A stretch of 64,000 nt of DNA. It comes from Camelus dromedarius. Taxonomy: Eukaryota. Positions 1-12,500 of the stretch are shown here, piece after piece; position 1 is the first letter of the stretch, and each line of letters opens with the position of its first letter. The position numbers and the translations under genes were made by a program. The notes beneath the pieces were generated by a model. It worked only from the letters and a program-made list of their open reading frames with translations. It did not search any database and was not told the origin of the DNA. The DNA is taken from NCBI RefSeq assembly GCF_036321535.1, contig NC_087451.1:19158001-19222000 (forward strand), given 5' to 3'.

Positions 1-585
1 GGACAATATGTTTTAGTATTTTAGCCGCATTCCTGACCCATGAGAATCCCACTCCCACTGGGCCAAGCTTCAAGGCTATAGAAGATACAGATGGTCAGGG
101 CATAAAAGAAAGCCCTGAAAGGGTAGGGTTAAGTGTTTGAGTCTGGGCCAGGGACAGTCCTGAATAAGATACAGAGGAGACCTGTCCTTGGAGAGAGAAG
201 ACTCGGGAAGCTTGCCTAGTTGCTCGGAAGCAGGGAATAAAGGATCAGCGGACTCTTGGGCATTGCTCAGCCCTATGCAGGGAAGTGATGGAAAGCCTTG
301 GAAGTCAGATGGAGGAATTTAATGTGATCTGCAGGGGATGGAAGATTGGGTCAGAGGAGAGGAATAGTAAAAGTTGTTTGGGAAAGTCACCTTGTATGAA
401 TGTGGTATGATTTAGAGTAGGAAGAACTAGGCCTTCTCACCCACCTCCAGACAACCCAGGGCTTCCTCTGAGGGCATGTCAAGGTCTTAAGGAGCACTTC
501 AAGCCTTAGGCCTGAGCTCCCTCCTGGAAACCTTAGCCTGGCTTCCAGAGGTCTCCTTTCTATTTATCCCTTTTTGTCTTATCAG

Positions 586-2168
586 TTCCCTGCCTCAAGA
601 TTCTCCTCAGCAAAGGCCTGGGGCTGGGCATTGTGGCTGGGTCACTTCTGGGTATGTATTTTATCTTCCTTCCCTCATGTTGGGAGGTGGGTGGAATGCT
701 AAGATACCATAAACTAAATGGGTCCCTTACCCAGAAGTGGGGTTAATATGCCCCCCCCCCCCAGTCCACTCTGTAGCTGTTGTGTTGTGTTCCCAAGGGA
801 TGTCAGCTCAACTGTGTCTTTCTCTTCCTTTCTCCAGTAAAACTGCCCCAAGTGTTTAAACTCCTGAGAGCCAAGAGTTCCGAAGGGTTGAGTTACCAGT
901 CCATAATGCTAGAGTTAGTAGCATTGACTGGGACCATGGTCTACAGCATCACCAGAAACTTCCCCTTCAGGTGAGGGGCCCCACCCTTTATCTCCAAGGG
1001 TAAATGCTTGCAACTCTAGTTGGGGGTTAGGGTGAGGGAGGTAAAAGGGCAGGAAAAGCTTAAGCCCTTCTGATACTTTAGCCATCATCTGTGGTGATCA
1101 TGAGAGGTGAGCATTTCAAGAATGCCCACAATCCAATCCTGAGTCAGTCAGGTGGGGGCTGCTGGGAGGCAGGAGGTAAGGAACCACTAGCATTGTGGAG
1201 GACAGGAAGTAATCAGAGAATTGTGTCCCCAAGATGTATGGGGCTATGGAGGCTTTCCCTGCCTCTTTCCAGGCCTGCCTTTCTTCCTCCCAACTCTTGA
1301 CTCCGCAGCTCTTGGGGTGAAGCCTTGTTCCTGATGCTCCAGACAATCACCATCGCCTTCCTGGTCCTGCACTACAGAGGACAAACTGTGAAAGGTGCTG
1401 AGGATTTACCCCAAGAGCTGGCTGCACTCCTGAGAGCCCTGCTGGGAACGCAGGCCTGGGGAAGCCAGAGGACTCAGAAGTTGATAAGGACTTCTTGTCT
1501 CCCTGTCCCCCAGGTGTCGCTTTCCTAGTGTGCTATGCCCTGAGCCTGCTGGTGCTGCTTTCACCACTGACACCTGTGGCTGTAGTCACCCTCCTCCAAG
1601 CCTTCAACATGCCTGCTGTGGTGGTGGGAAGGGTGGGTGCTGGGAACAAAGGAGAGGATGTTGGGAGGGGGGACTGGGTGAGGGGCAGAGCAGAAACCCA
1701 AAGTGTGGGAATGTTGGACTGGGAAATGTGGAAATATCAGGGGAACATGGGAAGAGTTCAGATCACAGAATGAAGGGTTTCAACTCCTCCCTTAGCTGCT
1801 CCAGGCAGCCACCAACTATCGCAACGGGCACACTGGCCAGCTCTCAGCAATCACAGTCTTTCTGCTCTTTGGAGGGTCCCTGGCTCGAATCTTCACCTCC
1901 ATTCAGGTGAGTGCACCTCCTTCCCTCTAGAGGGCACTATAACCTCATCTTACCTCTCCTGAGCTGAGGACTTAAAAGCTGCCCCTTCTCGGGAACTCTT
2001 TTTGGCTGTGCTGAAGAGTGACCCTAGCTGTGTCTCACCCAGGAAACTGGAGACCTCCTCATGGCTGGAACTTTTATAGTCTCTTCTCTCTGCAATGGCC
2101 TCATCGCTGCCCAGCTCCTCTACTACTGGAATGCAAAAGCTCCCCACAGGAAGAAAAAGGAACAGTAA
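586..2168 (+). CDS. MPDU1: Mannose-P-dolichol utilization defect 1 (PQ-loop protein), exons 2-7; exon 1 lies upstream of the window
   Basis: Exons 586-651, 838-970, 1309-1394, 1514-1632, 1796-1906, 2043-2168(TAA), all AG/GT-bounded and phase-compatible. Translation ...[29 protein letters not shown]...[17 protein letters not shown]...[12 protein letters not shown] matches MPDU1 as recalled. Confidence 0.97.
1924..1937 (+). promoter_or_regulatory. Candidate CTCF site in MPDU1 intron 6
   Basis: CCTCTAGAGGGCAC fits the CTCF core consensus; motif match only. Confidence 0.55.
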
Positions 2169-2744
2169 AGTTGAGCTGGCTACTGAAAGTACATTCCATG
2201 TTTCATTCACCCACCCAACCTCAGGGCCCTTCTCATCTTAACCAGCCTGCTGGTGTGACCATTCCCCATCCTTCTGCAGTTGCAACTTTAGTAGAAATGC
2301 TTGGTTGTCCCAAATCCTTAGGATAGGAGTAGAGATTTTCAGGCTGACATTTTGACATCTATTGTGTGCTGTCCGGTGTATTACTATTGACTTGTTAAGT
2401 CATTTGGCTGAGATTCTTCCTTTAGTAGAAGTTTATAGCTACTTAACTATTCCAGGCAAAAGTCTTACCCTGTCCTCCCATCTCCCCACTTCCCTTCTGG
2501 CCCTAGAGGACAGAGCCTGGACAGTGGAAGGGACTAGGCATTTGTGGCTGCCTCCCTTCCCCAGCCCAACCCAGACTGTCTCCTGGACCCTGGTGTAGGG
2601 TTCGGGGGCAGGGGGAGGGGGACAGAAAAATGACTCAGGCAGGGCCCCAGGGTTGGGTGAGGAGGTTCCTGCTCTGGCAGGTCCAGGCAGAAGGGAGTGG
2701 AAACCATGCTGGTTCCTGCTGCAGTGAAGAGGAACAGATGGGAC

Positions 2745-2750
2745 AATAAA
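2745..2750 (+). terminator. MPDU1 polyadenylation signal AATAAA
   Basis: AATAAA about 580 nt after the stop, with GU-rich tracts at 2781-2815 downstream. Confidence 0.8.
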
Positions 2751-2765
2751 GACTCAGAGACATGG

Positions 2766-2771
2766 TTTAAT
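2766..2771 (-). terminator. SOX15 polyadenylation signal ATTAAA
   Basis: tttaat on + is ATTAAA on -, about 200 nt after the SOX15 stop, with a U-rich tract downstream on -. Confidence 0.7.
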
Positions 2772-2967
2772 CATACAAAACTGTGTTTGGCCTACAAAAA
2801 TATAAGTGTTGTGTTCCCCTGGAGTTTGGGGGTTTGAGGGGGTACTGCCCACCTCCTCTGGACTGTGGTCAACAGTTCTAAAAAAGGGTTTGCAGCCTGG
2901 GGTGGAGGGTGGTTCTGGGTGGAAAAGGAGGATGGAAACCTTTCTGGGAGGCCCATGTCCATGAGGG

Positions 2968-4320
2968 TTAGAGGTGGGTTAGGGGCGTGGGGGCCCCTGT
3001 GAGGGGAGGGTTGTACAGAGTGGGAGAGCCTGGGGGTAGGTAGGGGTTGTAGGTGGGGAGCAGCTCCCCCTGGAGCCTAGGGTTACTCTGAGGGAGAGAG
3101 CACGGCGAGGGGGCCTCCGGTTTACAGTGGGAAGAGCTGCAAAGAGAAATACTAGGGTTAGAAGGTTCTTGCTTCTTTGGGTGGGAGGTGCCAAGCAGGG
3201 TCCCCAACTCTCATGTTGGGGTGGGTCTGACCAGTTCTGTGCAGAGGCAGAACCTGTCACCCATTTACATATCCCTGGCTATCCGGGCCCTACTGGGTAC
3301 CGCAGGTCGGGAACCGGATCTCAGGATGGCTTAAAGCAGCCCTGCCACGGCCGTGTTCGGGCACGCTCAACAGCGAGCTTGCGTGCTGCGCGCCTGTTTT
3401 CCTCTTTTGGGGCGGCAGGCCAGGAAGGGGCAGAGTTGGGCTTGGCCTGTCCTTGCCCCGGGGGCTGGGAGAGGAAGCGGGGTCACACGAGGGCCAGAAA
3501 GGGGGTTGGGGGGTGGATTCAGGTAACTAGAACACGTCACATCCAGGGGGCTGTGGTCTGCTCCTGCGGGGCCAACACTGCCCAACTGAGATGAAAACCT
3601 CCTGGCCCCCTGGAGCCCTCCCACTCTCCACAGGTCGTCCCCTAAACGCCTCCGGGATCACCCGTTGCTTGGGTAGGCTCAGGGCCTCTGCCAGCCAGGC
3701 CCTCTGGTATTCCCCCCCACCCCGGCTCCAGGAGGTGGGGGGCGCGGCGCACAAGCGCCTCCGTCCTCATCCCACGCCCTGGGCACTTACCTGTAACCGC
3801 CAGGCAGGTAAGCTGTCGAGTAGTTGGGGGGTTGGTACCCAAAGCCTCTGCTCCCCTGCGTGGTCGCGTACCCGGTCGCCCAGACGGGCCCGCCACCAGC
3901 CACGCTGCCGCTTCCCTGATCGAAGTAGGGGGACCTGGCGCACGAGCTCTTGGTCTTGCGCCGGGGCCGGTATTTGTAGTCGGGGTAGTCGCGCAGGTGC
4001 CGGGCCCGGAGCCGTTTAGCTTCTTCCACGAAGGGCCGCTTCTCTTCCTCGCCCAGCAGCTTCCACTGCGCGCCCAGGCGCTTGGAGATCTCCGAGTTGT
4101 GCATCTTCGGGTTCTGCTGCGCCATCTGGCGGCGCTGGGCGGAGCTCCACACCATGAACGCGTTCATGGGTCGCTTCACCTTCTCCAAGGGAAGCCCCCG
4201 GGATACTATCGGGCTCCCGGCGCTCTCCTGCTCCTGGGAGCCCGAGGACAAGGAGGTAGGGGCCGTGGGAGCGGGAGGTTCCAGGCTCCAGGCCTGGTCC
4301 TGTGAGCCAGGTAGCGCCAT
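2968..4320 (-). CDS. SOX15: SRY-box transcription factor 15 (2 exons, 232 aa)
   Basis: Exon 1 4320-3791 (ATG to AG|GTAAGT), exon 2 3136-2968 (ttgcag| to TAA); 699 nt. Intact HMG box [14 protein letters not shown]...YKYRPRRK; C-terminus ...GAPTPLTHL. Confidence 0.98.
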
Positions 4321-5927
4321 GAGGAGGGTGGAGGGAAGCTTTAAGAGGGCGTCCTACACGCCCTCCCCTACAAAGTGAAACGTCGATTCCCAAACCCACT
4401 ATCCTTAAAATGGAAGTGCCTCCTAGTCCGGAGTCGTTACAGAGAAACTCGTCTTCTTATAAAGTATATATATCGTCCCCTAGTTCAGAGTCCTTATAAC
4501 CGAGCCCCTGCGCCCAAACGACCCGACACCCTTTTGGGAAGTCGAGCGCAAAATCCGCTGTCTAGTACCCGGTCCTGGGCAGGTGTGCTCTCCTTTCCTT
4601 GTTGCCACTGGATCTCCGACCCAGACCGGCTGCCCCTACCTGCTGCCGGCCACCGGCCCGGCCTTCGGTGGAGGCAGTAAACCTTCACGCTGCCTGGAGT
4701 CCCGCAGCCGCCGGAGTCCCTGCAGCCACCAGTAGGCAAATGCCACAAGCGCTTTCTCACCTGGCCTCGGCGTCTGCGGCGGCGGGTGAGCCAGGCCCGG
4801 GAACAGCTTTTAAAGACTGACTCCTCCCACTCCCTCCCAGTCAACCGCGCCTCCTTAAGGGCGCCAACATCCCCCTCCCTTAGGCAAACTCAGATGTCCT
4901 GTTCCTCCCAGCCCCCAACGCTCCTCCTAGGGGCACCACGCCCCCTCCCCACCCAAGACCCAGAAGTCAGGCCTTCCAGCCCCAGTAGCTCTGAGCAGTT
5001 TCCCCTCCCTTCTTAAGCGTCGGCAATTTAAAGTCAATGACTTTGCACAACGGGATCAAGCACAAGGGGATCAAAAGCCCTCAGGGTCTGAGTTGTGCTG
5101 GGAGGAAGATGGGAACACCCAAACCCCCAACCCAATCCGTTTTTTGCTGCCTAAAGCTCTTCAAACCCCCCACCTACCCCAGGGCAAAAAGTCAGGCAGT
5201 CAGAGGGAGGTAGGCAGGCCATTTTTGTTTCCTGAGTCATCCCAACAGGTGCTTGGGTGGTGATTCAACCCCTTTCCAGGTGAGAAAATTTAAACCCTCC
5301 TAACTACAGCCCCTAAACCTAGGTTTCTCCACCACAAAAGGTTTTATCTCCAAACCTTACAGTCAGGAGGAGGCAGGGAGCAAGGAACCCCAGGGTAACT
5401 CCTGAGGCTGAGAGGTCAGTGATGCAGCTGCTGGAGAAAAGGCCTGGATCCAGAGCAGAGAACCAGCAGGAATGAGGGCTGGACACCTACATCCCAGGGG
5501 CTGTCGTGAGGGAACCCTGCTCCCCACTCTGCCCAAGGCCCAGCCCAAGCCCCAGGCCTCAGGTAATCGGATTAAGCTGCCTGCCTTGGCTCTCAGCACT
5601 TAGCAGGAACAGGTCCAGCTTCAAGCAGTCCTACCAACACTGCTGTGACTCAGGGTATAGGAGTGGCCCAGCTCCCTCTACCAGCAAACCTGGGGGAGGG
5701 GAGAAGCAACAAGGCACAAGCCACTCTCCTCTAGACCAGGCAGGTACCTGTACCTGGGGAATTTAGGAATGTCAGAAATTCCCACAAGTAGACCATCTCA
5801 GGAATGCTAAAGAAGCCAGGTATGGAGATACAGGAAAAAAGGGCCAGGGCAGGTCAGTCCTACAGAAACAGATGGGGCACACTGGGCACAAGGAAGGTGC
5901 AGGAACCAGAAAGCCATTTGGATTTTT

Positions 5928-5933
5928 TTTATT
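5928..5933 (-). terminator. FXR2 polyadenylation signal AATAAA
   Basis: tttatt on +, at the end of the FXR2 3'UTR. Confidence 0.75.
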
Positions 5934-6297
5934 CTCTTTTTAAATACTGTACAGTGAAAAATAAATACGCCTTCTCATCCACCAGACAAGGTTGGTCCCC
6001 CCTCCCCTGGGGGACCTTGTCACCCCCCTTCATACACACCCCTGGTTCTACTCCAAAACCTTCCCCATGCCTCCCACCCACTTATACCCTTACTATCCCC
6101 GTCTTCCACAGTGATGAGGCCCCAGAAATGGGGGGTACAGGACGGGAGGAGGGATAGCAGGGGAGCCCCCCTGAACTGTCAAATCTGGGTGGATCAAGGA
6201 GCACCCCGCACCAACAGGCGGAGAATGGGGGTGTTCAGAGAGAGATTGGGGCATTAGAGGATAAAGGCACATCCAGTCTGATGGGGAAGGAGAGAGG

Positions 6298-6510
6298 NNN
6301 NNNNNNNNNNNNNNNNNNNNNNNNNNNNNNNNNNNNNNNNNNNNNNNNNNNNNNNNNNNNNNNNNNNNNNNNNNNNNNNNNNNNNNNNNNNNNNNNNNNN
6401 NNNNNNNNNNNNNNNNNNNNNNNNNNNNNNNNNNNNNNNNNNNNNNNNNNNNNNNNNNNNNNNNNNNNNNNNNNNNNNNNNNNNNNNNNNNNNNNNNNNN
6501 NNNNNNNNNN
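6298..6510. other. Assembly gap (213 N) in the FXR2 3'UTR
   Basis: N run seen directly. Confidence 0.99.
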
Positions 6511-6518
6511 TGGAGGGT

Positions 6519-9500
6519 TTATGAAACCCCATTCACCAAACCACCCAACTCCAGAGGGGCAGAGAGCTCCCCATTCTCTGAGGGGCCCTTAGGAAGCTTG
6601 CTGACAGAGTCACCCTGAGAGGGAAGTGGGAAAGAAAATGGAGAGGAACAAAAGAAAATGATCAGTAGAAATTCAGGTAATGACATTCCCTACCACCTAG
6701 GTGCTCTAAGGCATCTGGTCATCCAGGGGTTAGTCCCCTGATGTGACTAGTCACTTTTACTGGAATCCAGAAAATATGAACCAAACTTTCCTTTCTCTTC
6801 TATTCAGACTTTCCACTATTCTAAATGCAGTCTAAAACTCCATCGGACATGCCCTCTCTGCAATTTCATAAGAGATTTCTTTGGGAATTTTCTTACGTCC
6901 CCTGCCCCAGAATAACAAAAAAGGCGTTGAGGTAAACTACATATTGCTTTCCTACCTTCTGTCCTGAAAGAGAGTCCTCTGAAGGTTTAGTGCGTTCTAG
7001 GGGTGGCCGCTGGCGGCTCTGAGACTCTGCTCGGGAGATATAGTCAGCCACAGTCACTGGAAAAGGCAGAGGACCAAGAGTTTCAGAAGGAACCCAGGTA
7101 TCCAGCCCCTAGACACTCACTGAACCCCAACCCCTAGTTTTCACAGGATAGGAAGCATCCTGTTCTCTGAGGAAGGACGCTGACATCCAGTGTTAGCTGA
7201 CCTGGTTGACGGTCTCCACTGATAGAACCATCAGTCCGATTACCACGGTTACGGCGGCGGCGGCTCCGATTACGACGCTGGGGTCTTGACTCATCTTCTG
7301 TGGGGCAGGGAAAAACGAGAGCTGTGCATCAATCTCCCATCCCTCAATTCTTGCCCAACTCTAATTTTTCAGACCCAGGTACACCCTTTACCCAGGCCAT
7401 TCTCTGTCATGCTGGGCCCGTCAGATTCCAGGCCTCCGTCCATGACAGTTCTGTCTTCATCAGTGCGGCGGCGGCGGGAGCGACGACGCCTGGCACTTGC
7501 TGGGGGGGGTTCCCCAGGCTCTGAATCAACTGGGGGCTCTGGTTCAGACGTGTCCAGTAGGCTGTAGGGATTACTGTCTGGATCCTTCAGCACTGGTCAG
7601 AGGAAGAAGAGGAGGTGGGAGTCAGGTGTCCATCATCTTTCCTTTTACCCCACATTTATGAACCCAGCTGTCTGCTTCTGGTACCTGAGCTAATAGATGA
7701 AGAGTTGTATCTTGAGGTGGGCCGGGGGGCAGGTGGGGGTCCCCTACCCCGGCCCCCAATCGGCCGCCTACGGCTTTCTTCCCCCCGAGTCGGGGGATCC
7801 CGGTCGCCAGGCCCAGCTCTGTTGGGCTCCTCCCTCTTCTCTGACTCGGTCTCAGAAGCTGTGGATGGGTCTGAGCTGGGGCCTGAAGAACACAGTGAGG
7901 GTCAATCAGAGTCACTCACCCTACCCCAGGATCCATCACAGCCCCCGAACTGGAAGACTCTCCCCTTCACTCCTAAGTCCCCCCCCCCAATCACTTCTTC
8001 ATCAACTACATCACCCTTTCCACAGTATTCCACCCAGACCTCTGCCTCCCACACACCACACCACTGCTCGCCTCCCCTTTCCACAGCTCTCACCATAGGC
8101 AGGACCACCTGTCCTCCGGCCCCGGCCGCGGCCCCCATAGCTGCCCCCATAGGTTCGCGTGGTGTGGAGGGAGGAGGAGGAGCTCTCATCAGTGGTATAT
8201 CCAGCCTTGTCACTGCTACCGCTGCCCCGCCCACTCCCAGGAGGACGGAAGCCCAGCCCAATCTGCCGAAGCTGTTCATCAATTTGCAGCCTCTCCAAGC
8301 GAAGCTGCTCCACCTCCTGGTGGGGCAGAAGATGGAGAAAGACATGGAAGGAGGAATAAATATAAGATCAATGAACAGTCTCTTTTCATGAGTCTCTGCC
8401 CTGACTGTCCCTACATATCTGAACTCTCAAGAATACAAGACTTAAAACAGAAAATTCTGGGATCCAACCCCACAGCCCCAGATTTCCACCCAATGGTTTC
8501 TATTCTACTCAGAGACACAAACTGGGAACCACCACTTTTAACTCTATCCAACAGCATTCTTAGTCCCCTTGTACACGCGGATCTTTCCTATTTCAGGCTT
8601 TCAGCGTGGGTACCTGCAGGTAGGAGAGGTGATATTCCAGCAGAGCCTGAGCATTGCTGATATTCTCTCGGGTGCCAACAAATATGAAAGGAACCATTCC
8701 CTGGAAAGCAGAGGGAAGGACAGATGGATTAGAAGAAGTCAAAGGAAGTATTAGGCCCACCCTTTCTCCTACAGAAGCCCACCCAAATGGGATCTTTCTG
8801 GTTTCTACATCTACCAGGGGAAACCAAAGTGACCATGCCCCAACCCCTAGGAATCCCAGCCCTCAGAAAATGGCTTGGAGAATAAGCCCATCTACTTCTG
8901 GAAACCAATCTCTAGGTGTTTATGTCTCATACCTCCTCCCTGGGGTTCTTCTTATCATTGTCACCTTCTACTCGAACCCTCACCACACCAGATTTATCCA
9001 CAATCTCCTGGATCACTTTCCCATTCTTTCCAATCACTTTGCCTGAATGGGTAAAGGAGGAATTAGGCCTTTTAGAAGAAAGAGAGAAGAGTAAAAACAG
9101 ACAAGATAAACAGTCTTCCAGCTTCTATATAAGGATTCTGTTAAATGAGTCTCCTGCCTCCAGGCTTCTGATGTGTTCTCACAGGACAAAATATTACAGT
9201 CCCTAGAAATTTGTTCTCCCATTTTTGTCACTCCTACTTCAGACTCTGTCCTTATGAAAATGGAAGTTTGCAGGGAGGTGTCAAGCCCAGAATCACTTTA
9301 GAGAATCTCACATCTGCCCCCCAACTGTATTCTCCTATATACATACACATCCTCAACTCACCAACCAGGTTCCTGGGCACTTGCACAGAGTCCTCAGAAA
9401 ACTCAAGGTAGCTCCGGGCCTGTCGGCATGCCTCGGGAGTCTAAGAGAAGAGGAGTGGGGAGTCATTAATAAAACAAAAGGACCTGGATCTTAAATAGTG

Positions 9501-12500
9501 ATCTTCCTGCCACTCTGTCTTTGGGAAAACGTGCTACCACCAAAGTCAGGGAGGGAGGCCAACATGACAGATTTCCTTCCTACTTTATACTCTCTTCTCT
9601 CTACCCCTAAGAGACCTAGACAACAGTTATCTTTTGCTGACCTCCCCATAGATGCGGAAAGTGCAGGTCTCTTCACCCAATTCAATGGCAGTCACACCAG
9701 GTACTTTCCGGGCCTGCTGGATGTTGGCACCATGAGTCCCGATTGCCAGTCCCATCAGGTCCTCTCGCACTGTGAACTCCTCTTGGAAAGCTGCCGCCAG
9801 CTGCTTACTTGTCTGAAAGAAAAAGGCACTGGACTGGAGGAATCATGGTGGTGAAATCTCAGAACACTGTCCCAGGTACCTGATGTGTAACTTCAAGAAG
9901 AAAAAAATGTGTGAAAGAAAGCCAGAACTACCTGGCTGACCTAGAGTCTGATGACCACTATGACCCGTGTGGAGAGTTCAGGAACTTTTCTCTCCAACCT
10001 TCCAAATACCAATGGCTTGGTGGGGAGAGGAGGAAATGAGGTAGAGTTTGGGCTGGCAGCCACCAAAGCTCCAGATTTGGCTTTAATACAATCTGGTTGT
10101 GTGATCCCAAACAAAACACACTCTCTGTGCCTCTGTTCTGTCAGGTGCTAAATGATGACACCTGACCTACCCCATCCCAGGCTATCAAGAGGATTAAATA
10201 AGGTTGGTGCGGAAGAAAAAACTTTTCACAAGGCAAATGCAAGTGTAAGGAATTATTTACCTTTATCAAACTAATATCAACTCCCAAAATAAAACCTGAA
10301 AAGTTGAGTAGAAAGCAAGGAGTTAAGAAAAGCATATAAGGAAGTTACAGAACCCCATACCACCACTGTTTCTCAACCAGTCCTTAGAGGGATACCTGAG
10401 TACAAGAGCAGGAAAAGGGAAAGGTTCTCGAAAAGTGAGTCCTAGGTAGGAAGCATTAAATAGGAAAATTATCTGAAAGGGGACATTGCCAGATCGCAAT
10501 TCACTACTTTCTACTTCCAAGATGGATGGGGCTGAGCTAGGCAAGAAGAAAAAGCTGGAAAAAGGAACTATGTTGAGTGTTCAAAATAACTGAGGGAGGG
10601 CGGGGAGAGGATCTAGAATGATTTACAAATGTCTTCTAGAGAAATTTGCCAAGAGTTTTCTTTCTTAAACTGCATGATGGGTACAAAGGTGACTTGTACC
10701 CAACTTGTACCCATATCCCTATTCTTAAAACTTTGCATCTGTGGTTACTTTAGTTCTCTGGGATTCTTTACCACACAGATCAATACAGCCAAGTCGTAGG
10801 AGAGAATACTCTACATCATCAAGAAATCTGCTTGTTGGGAACTGGAGCAGATTATCTGGGAGTAATGGTGAATTTTTAACTGCCAGTGCCCTGAATAGCA
10901 TCCCTGGAGAAGTGAGAGATTACCATGGTTCAGAATTTGCACAGGCTCCCAAAAAGATCAGTTCACTTAAAAAGGAACTGGATGTTCAAATACACACACA
11001 TACACACACACCCTACGCATTTAGAATGGTATAATACCTACAGAAATCTGACCATCATAAGATGTCAGAACTCAGAAAGATCTTGTAGAGACATTCTAGT
11101 TTAACTAGCTCATTGTCACAGATAAAGAAGAGAAAGTTCAGTGAAATCAGATTATTTGCCAAGGTCAATTATTTGATAAAGGAAGATTTAGGATTTCAAG
11201 TTCAGTGGTCTTTCCAATGTATAAATGATTCTCAAATATATCCACAAAGCGGCTTGGTTCCCAGAGGTAATTTGGGGGAGGCTAGTGGAGGTAAGAGCCA
11301 CACCTTCTTCCACTTTTAGACAGAGCTGCTCTGACTGATCCGTTTTATGCATTGTGCTTTCAAGTAAAATTTCACTTGATCAAAGGGTCCTACAGCTAAA
11401 AAAAAAAAAAAAGTGTATACTAAAACATGATGGAGCTCTGCCATCTGGAGTCGAGGAGTCTGGAATAAAATAGCAGACCTAGGTTTAATGGCCCCCAAAG
11501 ATCTTAACCCCTTTGTTCTGTAAAGACAAGAGCATGGGTAGAGGATGGGGTAGGAGGGAAGGAGGACAATTCTATTCAGCAGTAAAAAGTGGACCCAAAA
11601 CTTACCTCTAGGTGCTTGGTAGCTTCTTCATTGCGGGACATGAGTAACAGTTTGGTGCGCAGGCTTCGGAAATGCATGTCACCCAGCAGGGATGCCCGTT
11701 TCACAGGGGCTTCTGTGGTTGACTGGGATGAAACCAATGGAAAAGTCATTAAAACTGATAGACTATTTATTGGAGAAGAGCCAGGAACTAGGAATCAGGA
11801 TGCCTGAGTGTCTGGAAAAGGGTGGGAGTTAAGAAACATAACTGAGGAAAATAATTGTCAGTTTCACAAGGGCCTAACTAGGTGCCTAAGGGAAGTGATT
11901 TTAAGCAGCAAGCACAGACAACAATCATACTGTCTGTTTTTGAGAGCCCAAATACACAAGGGAAGGTCCCCAGCCCAGACTGCAACGTGATGGTCAGGTT
12001 AAAAAATAATTAAGGTCATACATGAGGAAAATTAAGGAAAGGCAGGGCTGACCTGAGTCTACAGGGGTCAGGAGCAATAAAGTCCTCTTTGACAAATAAA
12101 TATAAGCACATTTTAGCTCCTCCCTTCCTGCAAAGTAGTTAACAAGAGACAAGGGTTTAGGTGAAATTCAGGCAGAATACACTCACCGGGGCGGAGGGTG
12201 TGGTTCAGTGGAAAAGTGCCTGCATAGCATGCACGAGGTCCTGAGTTCAATTCTCAGTACCTCCGTTAAAAATAAATAAATGAACTTAATTACCTCCTCC
12301 CCCCCTAAAAAAGCCCATGTGTAAACTCACCAGAATGAAGAGCTCACTATTTGTGAAGTTGAGAAAGATGCAGTTTGCTCCCAATGCTTTCTTGAACTCT
12401 TTATGGACATTTTCATTGGAGCAGCTGCAAAGAAAGAGAACAGTGCTCAGAGGGCAGCTGAAGATTCAGGGGAGAGACAGACTGAGAAAAATAAGAAAAG

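Noticed and set aside
1395-1400. Weak MPDU1 exon 4 donor GTGCTG as a lesion
   Set aside because: It is still GT, and exon length and phase match the expected structure.
7615-8391. 258-aa plus-strand ORF
   Set aside because: Antisense shadow of GC-rich FXR2 exons 12-13; GTG start, low-complexity, no recognisable domain.
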